This document shows, piece by piece, positions 8,219 through 16,594 of a DNA stretch of 64,000 nt (positions within the stretch are counted from its first letter, which is position 1; each line of letters starts with the position of its first letter). The stretch is from Terriglobales bacterium. Lineage in GTDB: Bacteria > Acidobacteriota > Terriglobia > Terriglobales > Acidobacteriaceae. Below the pieces are notes generated by a model. The model was not told the origin of the DNA and did not search any database. It saw only the letters and a list, made by a program, of their open reading frames with translations. The stretch covers positions 45,915 through 109,914 of the forward strand of contig JBAVAQ010000023.1 of NCBI GenBank assembly GCA_049585795.1, in the 5' to 3' direction. A program made the translations under genes and the position numbers.

Positions 8219-9226
8219 CTAAGCGCCGGCCGTCTGTCGGACGCACCCGTCCTGCGGCTTCGGCGGCATCTTCCGCGCCGTCGCGTTGTCACAGAGCGCC
8301 TGCAACCGCCCTCTGTACTTCGCGGCCAGGCCGGACGCCGCGTCGATCGCCCTCGATGCCTTGCTGAGTTCCTTCTCGACCTCGTCCAGATCGACGAACG
8401 TGCGCCGGACTTCCTCGGCCAGCGCGGAATTCTTCTGGAGGAAGTCGGGGCCCTCGGTTCTCATCCGCTCGAAGACGGGCCTGAGCACTTCGAGGTCCCG
8501 CGGCAGCCAGCGGCGCGTCGTCCGGAGCACCCACACCCCGTCCTCCTGGCCCCAGCGCCGCTCGCGGTCAAGCTGGCGGAGCTGGCTTTCTTCCCTCGCG
8601 ACGATGATGCCGACCGGGATGCGCCGTTCCTTCGCGTCGCGGATCAGCTTCTTGATGTCGCCTTCGCTGACTACCGCCTTGTCCTTGTTGTCCACCAGCA
8701 TGTTCGGGTCAAGCGGTGCCCCGCTAGCATCGCGGAACGCCAACAGGTAGTCGCCATTCTTGGGGAGCTTCTCGGTAACGTGCATTCCTGGCCACGTCCG
8801 GGCTTCCTCTTCGAAGCTGAGTTCTTCCAGCTTTCCACGCCGGGGGGCTTTGGACATTTCCCCTTCAAGTTCCTGATTGCGCTCACGGAGGTTGGCAACC
8901 TCCCTCAGCGCATCTTCGACTCGGCGATTGGTTTCATCCCTTTCGGATTGTGCGGTGCGCAGTTCGTCCTTGTGTCGCTCTCTGATTTCCAAGGTTCGTT
9001 TCGCCAGTTCCGTCTCGAATCGGGCCCACGCGCTCTGGTGCTCATGATCGTGCTTGTTCTGGAGCAGCCGGAACGCCTCCTCCGCGCTGAGCTGCGCGAC
9101 CCGCGCGAAGTCCTTTGCCCCGAGCCGATCCAGAATCTCGGCGCGTGTGAGTGCGCCCGCGCCCGAACACAGCGGACACTCGATGGTTTCCGTCGGCTGA
9201 GGACAGCTGCCTGCTTTATCTGGCAA
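8219..9226 (-). CDS. Zn-ribbon + coiled-coil + PD-(D/E)xK-like protein (DUF2130-like architecture)
   Basis: 335 aa. N-terminal CPLCSGAG, a long charged heptad-like region (residues ~60-130), and C-terminal GDYLLAFRD...LVDNKDK...IKKLIRDAKERRIPVGIIV resembling the DUF2130 nuclease-like core. TTG start with AGGAGG 5 nt upstream. Confidence 0.55.
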   Translation of the reverse strand: MPDKAGSCPQPTETIECPLCSGAGALTRAEILDRLGAKDFARVAQLSAEEAFRLLQNKHDHEHQSAWARFETELAKRTLEIRERHKDELRTAQSERDETNRRVEDALREVANLRERNQELEGEMSKAPRRGKLEELSFEEEARTWPGMHVTEKLPKNGDYLLAFRDASGAPLDPNMLVDNKDKAVVSEGDIKKLIRDAKERRIPVGIIVAREESQLRQLDRERRWGQEDGVWVLRTTRRWLPRDLEVLRPVFERMRTEGPDFLQKNSALAEEVRRTFVDLDEVEKELSKASRAIDAASGLAAKYRGRLQALCDNATARKMPPKPQDGCVRQTAGA

Positions 9227-9521
9227 TTCGTCCTCCTGTGATCAGCTCCAGTTTGGCTAGAGCCGTGGCTTCGCTCGGCTGCGCTTGCGGTCGTCCATCT
9301 GGCGCGGGAACCGGTATCGGAACGCGGTTGCCGATGATCAATGCCACGGCTACCCAGCGGTCGGAGACGTTCAGCCCGGTCCTCCGCTCGGCGAGCCGGA
9401 TCAGGTTCTCGTCGGGAATGCCGTGGAACTGTGGCAGCGACGACAGGTACCTCACCGCCTCGCCCTTGATCCGCAGCGGCACCTGCTTCTGCGTGTGAAC
9501 GGTTGTTTGTCTCACCCTCAC
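9216..9521 (-). CDS. Hypothetical protein, first gene of the 5-gene operon
   Basis: 101-aa ORF with strong GC3 codon bias. GTG start, no clear SD. Its 3' end overlaps the next gene by 11 nt. Confidence 0.4.
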   Translation of the reverse strand: MRVRQTTVHTQKQVPLRIKGEAVRYLSSLPQFHGIPDENLIRLAERRTGLNVSDRWVAVALIIGNRVPIPVPAPDGRPQAQPSEATALAKLELITGGRIAR

Positions 9522-9621
9522 ACTGTACGGAGCAGGCGGGAAAATCGTCCGGAGAAGCGGGAGCTGTTACCGAAGATTTCCCTCCGAGCCCGGACGATTT
9601 TTCCAGTCGCTCCGTACACTG
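9521..9621. promoter_or_regulatory. 101-bp imperfect palindrome in a divergent intergenic region
   Basis: Arms at 9521-9552 and 9590-9621 match 26 of 32 nt as an inverted repeat (cactgtacggagc...gggaaaatcgtccgg / ccggacgatttttcc...gctccgtacactg), with a 37-nt spacer. Confidence 0.6.
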
Positions 9622-9636
9622 CAAGCGGAGAGGGAA

Positions 9637-9990
9637 GTGACGATCCGGGAACTCATCGACGAGCAGAGAAGGCGCTTGGGCTCCCGCTCCCCCGTGGAAC
9701 GGTTCGCCGCTGCAACGCTGATCCCCGCCGTGCTGGCGGAGCGACTCGTCGGATTGGCGGATCGCCAGGTAGGGCAGCTGCTGCTCGACGAGGTGTGGCC
9801 GGGGCTGAGCCCTCTCGCTCCTGAGTCGACGATCTGCCTCCACGCCGCGGATCGGCTCCGCGGCCCGATGAAGCAAAATCCGACGTGCCCGAAGTGCGGC
9901 TCGGAGATGATCCGCCACGTCGGGATCGACGAGCCCGATTTCCTGGAATGCAGCCTCCTCCGCTGCGGACTTCGGATACAAGAAACGTAG
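9637..9990 (+). CDS. Hypothetical protein with C-terminal zinc-ribbon
   Basis: 117 aa with CPKCG...x19...CSLLRC. Lies 25 nt upstream of the serine recombinase. Confidence 0.45.
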   Translation: MTIRELIDEQRRRLGSRSPVERFAAATLIPAVLAERLVGLADRQVGQLLLDEVWPGLSPLAPESTICLHAADRLRGPMKQNPTCPKCGSEMIRHVGIDEPDFLECSLLRCGLRIQET

Positions 9991-10015
9991 CCAACACACA
10001 AGGAGCATCGAGCGA

Positions 10016-10654
10016 ATGAAGAGAGCAGCCCTGTACGTGCGCGTCAGCACCGTGGACCAACACCCGGAAACCCAACTGCACGATCTCCGGCAGTTCGCAG
10101 CTCAGCGCGGGCTCCAGATCGTCGGGGAATACACGGATCACGGGTTCAGCGGGATGCGGGCGCGGCGGCCCGAGCTCGACAGGATGATGGACGACGCTCG
10201 CCGTCATAAGTTTGACGTGCTGATGGTCTGGGCGTGCGACAGGCTCGCGAGGAGCACCAGGCACCTGCTCCAGACGCTCGACGAGCTTTCTGGGTTCGGC
10301 GTCCAGTTCCTGAGCCAGCGCGAGGCGATCGACACGGAGGGCCCGCTCGGCAGGGCGATCATCGTCATCGTGTCGGCCATGGCGGAGCTTGAGAGGTGCA
10401 TCATCATCGAGCGCGTGCGGGCCGGGATGCGCCGGGCGAAGCTGGAGGGCCGCCAGATCGGCAGGTCGCGGCTGGACGTGAACCGCGAGCAAGTCGTCCT
10501 CGACCGCCGCTCCGGGATGTCGCTGACGCAGGTCGCCAAGCGCCACAACATTTCGAGGGCCTCAGTATGCCGCCTGATGAAAGAAGCGAATGTTGATAGC
10601 TCTCCTGCGGTCCTGCCTGACGGGGAAGACCTCGGGCGCGAGGTTGAGCTTTAG
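10016..10654 (+). CDS. Serine recombinase (resolvase/invertase family) with C-terminal HTH
   Basis: N-terminal AALYVRVSTVDQ (catalytic Ser), then VWACDRLARS, ELERCIIIERVRAGM, and HTH SLTQVAKRHNISRASVCRL. Confidence 0.9.
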   Translation: MKRAALYVRVSTVDQHPETQLHDLRQFAAQRGLQIVGEYTDHGFSGMRARRPELDRMMDDARRHKFDVLMVWACDRLARSTRHLLQTLDELSGFGVQFLSQREAIDTEGPLGRAIIVIVSAMAELERCIIIERVRAGMRRAKLEGRQIGRSRLDVNREQVVLDRRSGMSLTQVAKRHNISRASVCRLMKEANVDSSPAVLPDGEDLGREVEL

Positions 10655-10712
10655 GGACGACGCAAAATGAATCACGACAACAGCCATTTCTTCCGGGAGG
10701 AGCATCACGGCA

Positions 10713-10988
10713 ATGACGCTGAGAGAGAAAATCGAGAAGCGCAACCCGGACGCGTTGTTCCTCAGCCAGTACGGGGACGCGCTCGTCGGAATAACCCTGG
10801 GGGACCATCCCGTCGCCGTATACGACTTCGACCTGATGGTCGCACGCTTCAGGAAGCTCGACTGGTCCACCGAAAAGACGCGCGATGAGGCGGAGAAGTG
10901 CATCGTCAGGAATTTCCGGGCGGTATACCCGGAGCCCAACTTCCCCGTGATACTTCGCAGAAATGTCCCTGAGCACAAGGATGAATGA
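10713..10988 (+). CDS. Phage-like small hypothetical protein
   Basis: 91 aa. The DALVGIT...PVAVYDFDLMV motif resembles common phage small proteins. 4-nt overlap with the next ORF. Confidence 0.45.
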   Translation: MTLREKIEKRNPDALFLSQYGDALVGITLGDHPVAVYDFDLMVARFRKLDWSTEKTRDEAEKCIVRNFRAVYPEPNFPVILRRNVPEHKDE

Positions 10989-11236
10989 GCCAAGACATCG
11001 AGATAGGGGAAGCCCAGAAAACTCGGCGAAGCGCACGCACCGACCAGGTAGGCAAGGTGTTCATCGTCGTCGGCCAGCGCATTCGCAGGTGCCTCGTCTG
11101 CGAAGAACTCTTCACGCGGCGAGCCGCCTCAGAGCACGCGGCGGTTCCGTGCGTGCCCGGAACCAAGGTGCAACCTGGGAGGAAATCGCATGCAGATCGG
11201 CGAGCCATTGCGAACCTTCGTCGTGGAGCCGCTTGA
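10985..11236 (+). CDS. Small hypothetical protein with VFIVVG..IRRCLVCE motif
   Basis: 83 aa. A paralogous motif occurs at 12004-12273. Confidence 0.35.
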   Translation: MSQDIEIGEAQKTRRSARTDQVGKVFIVVGQRIRRCLVCEELFTRRAASEHAAVPCVPGTKVQPGRKSHADRRAIANLRRGAA

Positions 11237-11327
11237 GTCTCCGGTGGAGCAGCCGACACGCGAGCCCGAGCCTGAGCCGACTCGGTCGCCGGAACCGGAG
11301 CCTGAGCAGGTTCCGGCCGCGCCGTGA
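11190..11327 (+). CDS. 45-aa Pro/Glu-rich micro-ORF (not in the ORF track)
   Basis: ATG at 11190 preceded by GGGAGG 7 nt upstream. Translates to MQIGEPLRTFVVEPLESPVEQPTREPEPEPTRSPEPEPEQVPAAP. Its stop overlaps the GTG of the next gene (GTGA at 11324-11327). Confidence 0.4.
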   Translation: MQIGEPLRTFVVEPLESPVEQPTREPEPEPTRSPEPEPEQVPAAP

Positions 11328-12031
11328 AAATCCCTGATCTCATTTCGCCGATCGTCGGCCACCGCGTCTGGCGGTGGGATGCCGCTGGGCTGAGCTCGCT
11401 CAACGGCAAGCGATGGTGTCCGCGTCAGCCGTTGGCGGCGAAATGCGGTGCCGGAAACGCGCATGACGCCGACGAACAGCCGCACTTGGAATGCACTTGC
11501 GGCGTCTACGCGGCGAAGAGCCGTGAGCACCTGCGGCAGTTAGGCTACGAGGGGCGCGGCATCCGCGGCGAGGTCTATCTCTGGGGAACCGTGGTGGAGC
11601 ACAGACTCGGCTGGCGTGCCCAGTTCGCATACCCCAAGAGCCTCGTCCTGCCGCCCCACTTGATCCCGTCCGACACAAAGGAAATGGAGGCCCGCCTGGG
11701 AGCCCTCGCCGCCTATGACATCGACATCTTTATGCTTGGCGGCGGACGGAAGATTCCCCTCTGCCGGAAGGGATCGGGCTTCGACGTGGCGGGGCTGGAC
11801 TATCTGATCGAGAAGCGCACGGAATATTACGTCCGCCGCCAGCGGGACAGAACCCTTATGAAGGGCGACCGGGTGGCGGTCCTCGGCCGCGGGATCGCCG
11901 TGGTCGAGCACGCCGACGAGAGAGAGGTTGAGGCTCTTCTGGGGAACAAAACCTTATTAAGGATGCGGCGCAACGACATTGCCTGGAACCGTCAGAACAT
12001 GCGGTGGGAGGCAAAGGACTTAGCTCTCTAG
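11324..12031 (+). CDS. Hypothetical protein (phage-associated type)
   Basis: 235 aa with the motif GHRVWRW...LECTCGVYAAK...GEVYLWGTVVEH. Confidence 0.5.
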   Translation: MKIPDLISPIVGHRVWRWDAAGLSSLNGKRWCPRQPLAAKCGAGNAHDADEQPHLECTCGVYAAKSREHLRQLGYEGRGIRGEVYLWGTVVEHRLGWRAQFAYPKSLVLPPHLIPSDTKEMEARLGALAAYDIDIFMLGGGRKIPLCRKGSGFDVAGLDYLIEKRTEYYVRRQRDRTLMKGDRVAVLGRGIAVVEHADEREVEALLGNKTLLRMRRNDIAWNRQNMRWEAKDLAL

Positions 12032-12273
12032 AGCGCCAAGCGACATCCAGACCAAAGCAGCCGTGGCGCAGCCACCAGCCCCCCGACAAGGTCGACGAGG
12101 TCTTCGTTGTCATCGGTCACGATGTGCGCAGTTGTCTTATCTGCGAACACGAGCTGTCTGCACGCCGGGGATCAACTCGAAAACTGCGAGCAAACGATGC
12201 GAGTCGGGCGACGAGTCGCCAGTTGTCGTCATTTCACTTTTTCGATGTCGCCAGGCTTCCAGCTCTTGTCTAA
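12004..12273 (+). CDS. Small hypothetical protein, paralog of 10985-11236
   Basis: 89 aa. EVFVVIGHDVRSCLICE compares with KVFIVVGQRIRRCLVCE. The 3' end overlaps the convergent DUF1254 gene. Confidence 0.25.
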   Translation: MGGKGLSSLERQATSRPKQPWRSHQPPDKVDEVFVVIGHDVRSCLICEHELSARRGSTRKLRANDASRATSRQLSSFHFFDVARLPALV

Positions 12274-13761
12274 AGCGGCTTCGGTCGGGCCATAGAGTCT
12301 GAGGATGGCGAAGAACCCCCGATCTGGAGCAGTGGCGAGCCAGTTGCCTTCTTTACCCGCAGGTGCTTTTGGACCGAAGTAAAGGTCCGTGCTGCCGTCC
12401 GCGTTCTGCACCGGCTTGTCCCTCGAACCGAGCGAGGGGAAAGGTTGGCCGTTGGCGAGACCTGACGCGTTCGCAGCGTCATAGAGCGTAACCGACCAGA
12501 AGATGGCAGCCGGGACGTTGGGCGGCAGGTGCAGGCGATAGTTGCTGTCACCCACGAACGGCTTGCCCTCGCTATCGAAAAAGGCCATCCAGTAATTGGC
12601 TCCCTTGCCAGGTATTCGTGAGGCCATGCCAATGCTTATCGCGTAGTAGCCGGTGAAATAGTTGATCCGGGAGTCAGTTGTCAGAACCCCCGCGGCGTTC
12701 AACCAGGGCCAGTCATTGACAGAAGGTGTTGGGTTCGCCGGCGTCTGGTTGGCCAGCGGATTGGACCATTGACGGTCGGGGAAAATCAAATATGACACGC
12801 CACCGACAACATTTTGGAAAAGCAGCACGCGGCTCATTTCGTACCCGGTCTTCGCAGCCTGATCGAGGACCTTCCGGGTGCCCGCATCAGGTGTGAACGG
12901 CTGTCCCTTGACGATGCCGATTGCCGCCAAGTCGCCGAGCCGGTCGGGGCCGGCAAGGTTGGCGCCCTCCTTGTCCAGGAGCAGCTTGAGCTGAATAAAC
13001 GCGCTGCCGTCGCTGATCGGCAGCATGTTGACCGGGACCCCCGAAGCATCGGGAAATTTCATCGGCTTGGCCTCAGCCTCACCGTTCAGCGGATAGATTT
13101 TTGTCCGTTCAAGGTGTTCGACGGCGGGTGCCAGATTCTTCGGGTCCTCGTAGAAGCCACGCAGGAAAACGAAGACGCTGTTGGTTGCTGAACGGTAAAT
13201 GAAATAACCTTCCGGCACCGTGCCCTTATAGCCGGGCGGCAATAGCAGAAATTTGCCGCCCTTGCCACCATCTGGTCCAGCCAGACCGATGTCACCAAAG
13301 AACTTGCCACCATCGACCGGGATGGGACGCTGCCAATAGTCGTCAAAGATGCCCTGCAGCCCGGGCGGCGCTTCCATCACCAGCGGACCGTCCTTCCCAA
13401 GATCCACGTAGCTCATGGCGTAAAGCACGTCAGAGTTCGGCGTCGTGACTAGGGTCTTGGCGTCTAGGCGTCTTTTCCAAATTGGCAGGACGTTGTAACC
13501 GGCACCGAAGGTTTTCTCGGACCCGACCTGCATGCCGAGCATGTTGATTAACGGCATCGCCCAGAGGTAGGTCTGCGTCGCCCGTTGGAAGAGCAGTTCG
13601 TCGCGCAGTGTCTGCGCTGCCTCCTGCGTGGGCCGTCCGTCCGCGAACGGGAGATTGGCGAGTTTGTCGAAGTCAGCTTCCTGAGCGAACGCAGCGGACA
13701 CCAGCCACACTGCTGCCAAAGTCCAAACGACCACAAGTCTGTACACCATATTTGATTTCAT
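12229..13761 (-). CDS. Secreted DUF1254/DUF1214 domain protein
   Basis: 510 aa with a signal peptide. Motifs WAMPLINM, VTTPNSDVLY, FWSVTLYD and WLATAPDRGFFAILRLYGP are typical of this family. Confidence 0.75.
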   Translation of the reverse strand: MKSNMVYRLVVVWTLAAVWLVSAAFAQEADFDKLANLPFADGRPTQEAAQTLRDELLFQRATQTYLWAMPLINMLGMQVGSEKTFGAGYNVLPIWKRRLDAKTLVTTPNSDVLYAMSYVDLGKDGPLVMEAPPGLQGIFDDYWQRPIPVDGGKFFGDIGLAGPDGGKGGKFLLLPPGYKGTVPEGYFIYRSATNSVFVFLRGFYEDPKNLAPAVEHLERTKIYPLNGEAEAKPMKFPDASGVPVNMLPISDGSAFIQLKLLLDKEGANLAGPDRLGDLAAIGIVKGQPFTPDAGTRKVLDQAAKTGYEMSRVLLFQNVVGGVSYLIFPDRQWSNPLANQTPANPTPSVNDWPWLNAAGVLTTDSRINYFTGYYAISIGMASRIPGKGANYWMAFFDSEGKPFVGDSNYRLHLPPNVPAAIFWSVTLYDAANASGLANGQPFPSLGSRDKPVQNADGSTDLYFGPKAPAGKEGNWLATAPDRGFFAILRLYGPTEAALDKSWKPGDIEKVK

Positions 13762-13807
13762 CGCTCGATTACGCTCGCTTTCTATTCACAAGCTGCTGCC
13801 GCTCGAA

Positions 13808-15274
13808 TCACTTTATGAGTTCCACGTCCGGCATCTCGAATGACTTGTTCCAGAAAGGCTCCTCGGGGGCGTAGAGCCGGAGCCACGGATAAGGTTCTTT
13901 GTCCTCCGTTGGAATCCAGTTGGATTCCAAGCCTTTCGGCGCTTTTGGTCCAAAATAGAGATCAACACTTCCATCAGCATTCTTCTTCATCTGGTCCATG
14001 TTGAAAGAACCTAACCCCGCTCGGTCCAGCGGATTCTTGATGAAGGACCAGGTCCTGCGGTCGTAAACAGTCAACGACCAAAACTGCTTGGCCGGAATTT
14101 CTTTCGGAACGTGAAGCTTATAAGTCTTGCCACGTTCCAGGGGGTGCCCGTCGCTGTCCGCAATTGGGGCGAGGTAAACGGTTCCCGCGTGCTCCGTCAG
14201 CACTTTTGGATAGAACGTAAAGAAGAACCACGCCGCAGCACGCTTGTCGATTTGAACCGCGTCGTCGGTCACAAAGCTGAAGCCGTGGTTCTCGTCGGGA
14301 ACCATGGCAAAATTCCAGTGACGGTCTGGCCAATATAAATTCGCTGCAAACAACTTCGTATCAAGTTCCTGCATGTAGTAATAGGCGTCGACAATACCCC
14401 GCTCCAATGCAGCCTTGTACTTCTCCGGAGGATTGAAGGGCTTGCCCGGTTCTATTCCAATTGTTGCCAGCATCCCCATCATCACCTTGTCACGCGGTTG
14501 CACCGGCTCATAGGTGACAACGTCGTAGATGTCCTTTAACGCTCGGATGTCGTAGAACGGCAACGTACGCAATGGATACGGACGCCCATCGGTAAACTGC
14601 GTTGGTTTGGGATTCGCTGCTTCCGACAGCGGATACATTCTTAAGGTTTGGCTATAGGCATGGGCTTCAGCATCCGTTGCGCCGCCTAATGGAATGGAGC
14701 GGAACCCAAACAGGATGCGGTAACTGGTCGAGCGAATCGCGAGATACCCGTCAGGAACTTGACCGTTGTAGCCCGGTGGGAGAAATAGATATTTACCACC
14801 TTCACCTTTGTCCAGTCCCGAAGGACCCACATCAGCAATTGTCGCCTGCCAAGCATCAACGACTTGACCATACAGAACAGCCCGAGCAGTCTTGGCCGGA
14901 ACTTCCAACACCACAGGACCGTTCTTCAGATCGGAGACTGCACCGAGATACGGTGTCACCTGATTCGGCGTAATCAATTCCTGCGCCATGGTCAATGGCC
15001 CAGAATAGGCGGTAATTGCGTTGTCGGCCATTCCGGGTTGTTCCAGCAATCCGACACGAAACCGATAGATTGCCGACGCAGGCGTCGCCCACAACACCGC
15101 TTCGAACGACCGCTGATAGGCAACCTGTGCATCAAGGTCGGGCACGGATTGCTTTGCCCCAGGCGCGGGCTGTCCGCCAAGAGGCTCGCCCTGCGCTGCG
15201 GCTTGAGTCGCGTTGAATGCCAGCGCAGAAACGAGCGCGGCGACGACTATGATTTGCGTCGGTAGGGTTTTCAC
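13808..15274 (-). CDS. Secreted DUF1254/DUF1214 domain protein (tandem paralog)
   Basis: 488 aa with a signal peptide. FWSLTVYD and WIPTEDKEPYPWLRLYAPE are colinear with the neighbouring gene. Confidence 0.75.
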   Translation of the reverse strand: MKTLPTQIIVVAALVSALAFNATQAAAQGEPLGGQPAPGAKQSVPDLDAQVAYQRSFEAVLWATPASAIYRFRVGLLEQPGMADNAITAYSGPLTMAQELITPNQVTPYLGAVSDLKNGPVVLEVPAKTARAVLYGQVVDAWQATIADVGPSGLDKGEGGKYLFLPPGYNGQVPDGYLAIRSTSYRILFGFRSIPLGGATDAEAHAYSQTLRMYPLSEAANPKPTQFTDGRPYPLRTLPFYDIRALKDIYDVVTYEPVQPRDKVMMGMLATIGIEPGKPFNPPEKYKAALERGIVDAYYYMQELDTKLFAANLYWPDRHWNFAMVPDENHGFSFVTDDAVQIDKRAAAWFFFTFYPKVLTEHAGTVYLAPIADSDGHPLERGKTYKLHVPKEIPAKQFWSLTVYDRRTWSFIKNPLDRAGLGSFNMDQMKKNADGSVDLYFGPKAPKGLESNWIPTEDKEPYPWLRLYAPEEPFWNKSFEMPDVELIK

Positions 15275-15739
15275 GCTTTATCCTTTCTCACGTTGAATCT
15301 TGATTTTTTTTGCAGCGTGGGCGGGCGTTCAGTGCAAGGCTCACACGGTGGGAACCACGAACGATTTTCTTAGCCAGACGCACTAGACGCATTTGTGCCA
15401 CGGCGTAGGCTATGCCCACCGCGCTGCCCAGAAAACTGGCAGAACTGCCAGTCCGCACAGGAATCGTCTAAGCTTCTGGATTGCGCCCTAGGTCACGGCA
15501 AGGTGGAAGTCAGCACTCAACCCCAGTGGTCCAAAAGGGTTCCTGCGCGGCGGCCGCAAGTGAGTGAATCCAATGCCCGAGAAAACCGCGTCTTTGCCAG
15601 TCAGCCCGGTATACGTTTTGAGACGGAACAACGCCCGCTGCGTGAGCGTGTCTATGACTGGGGCGGCTTTCGCAGCGTCATCACCCTAATGTGACCTGAG
15701 CCGGTCGCTCAGAACTTGAGAGACGGAAGCCCGATCCTT

Positions 15740-16594
15740 TCATTTGGTCATCACTGCTTTCTGAAGTCTGCTGTACTCATCCCACACTAGCTTGCGTTGC
15801 CAATCGGGATACGATGCTTCCTTCAGCCGGTTCGTCACATCATTCCGAACTTGATTCCAGATCGCCGGAGTCAGCTTGGAGCGATACGGTCTGAATTCTT
15901 CGGTGAACCCTTGAATCTCATTGCACCCGCGCAGCGGGGCATTAAGACAGGTTTCGACAGCCACAGTCATCCGCTCAACAATCTGATCAAGTTGTGCTTC
16001 CTGACCGGGCTCAGGATCAGAATCTTGCTTCGGGGGAAGCTCTTTCTTCCCTATCTCATACTTGCACACACCATGGGTCGGAGCCATCTCTCCTCCAACT
16101 TTGAAAGATATGGGTTCATCCCCCCATCGCATCACCAAGTCCACGTGCAAGTATTTCGCATAATCCCCGTAATTACCTCCATACCAGAGGGATCGGACAG
16201 GATTTCTGTACTCCACCGTCGCGCCGTGTACGGCGTAGGCTTGCATGTTGAACGTCCAGTGTATGCGGTCGTCGTTGTTGAAGCCTGAGCCATGAACCCA
16301 ACTGAGTTGCAGGATGTCTCCCAACACCGGCTTCTGTGGGGTTGTGCGAATGACAAAACGGGTATAGCCATACTCATTGCTCAAAGGGCAAACTACTGTA
16401 ATAATCTCCCCGCTTTCCCTTTGCGGTCTCGTCCTAGTGAAGTAGGCGTCGGCATTCCTCACAGCCTCATCCAGATTGCCTTCCATGTTGAGGGCGCTGA
16501 GGTCGTGCACGGTAAGACCCCCAAGAGTCTGCCCGGAGGACTGTCCCACTAAAGCCAAGCTAAGGAGCGTCAGGGACGCGAGAAAACGCTTCAT
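15740..16594 (-). CDS. Secreted hypothetical protein
   Basis: 284 aa with signal peptide MKRFLASLTLLSLALVGQSSG. No recognisable family. Confidence 0.5.
   Translation of the reverse strand: MKRFLASLTLLSLALVGQSSGQTLGGLTVHDLSALNMEGNLDEAVRNADAYFTRTRPQRESGEIITVVCPLSNEYGYTRFVIRTTPQKPVLGDILQLSWVHGSGFNNDDRIHWTFNMQAYAVHGATVEYRNPVRSLWYGGNYGDYAKYLHVDLVMRWGDEPISFKVGGEMAPTHGVCKYEIGKKELPPKQDSDPEPGQEAQLDQIVERMTVAVETCLNAPLRGCNEIQGFTEEFRPYRSKLTPAIWNQVRNDVTNRLKEASYPDWQRKLVWDEYSRLQKAVMTK

Noticed and set aside
8905-10050. 381-aa minus-strand ORF, with similar long ORFs at 9653-10546 and 10404-11036
   Set aside because: These translations are Arg/Pro/Ala-rich and low in complexity, and they run antisense to or overlap the serine recombinase and neighbouring genes. 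This is a typical GC-rich alternative-frame artefact.
15395-15694. 99-aa + strand ORF in the 15.3-15.7 kb spacer
   Set aside because: It has no SD, no motif and a low-complexity basic sequence. The spacer may hold a decayed gene, but nothing supports a call.
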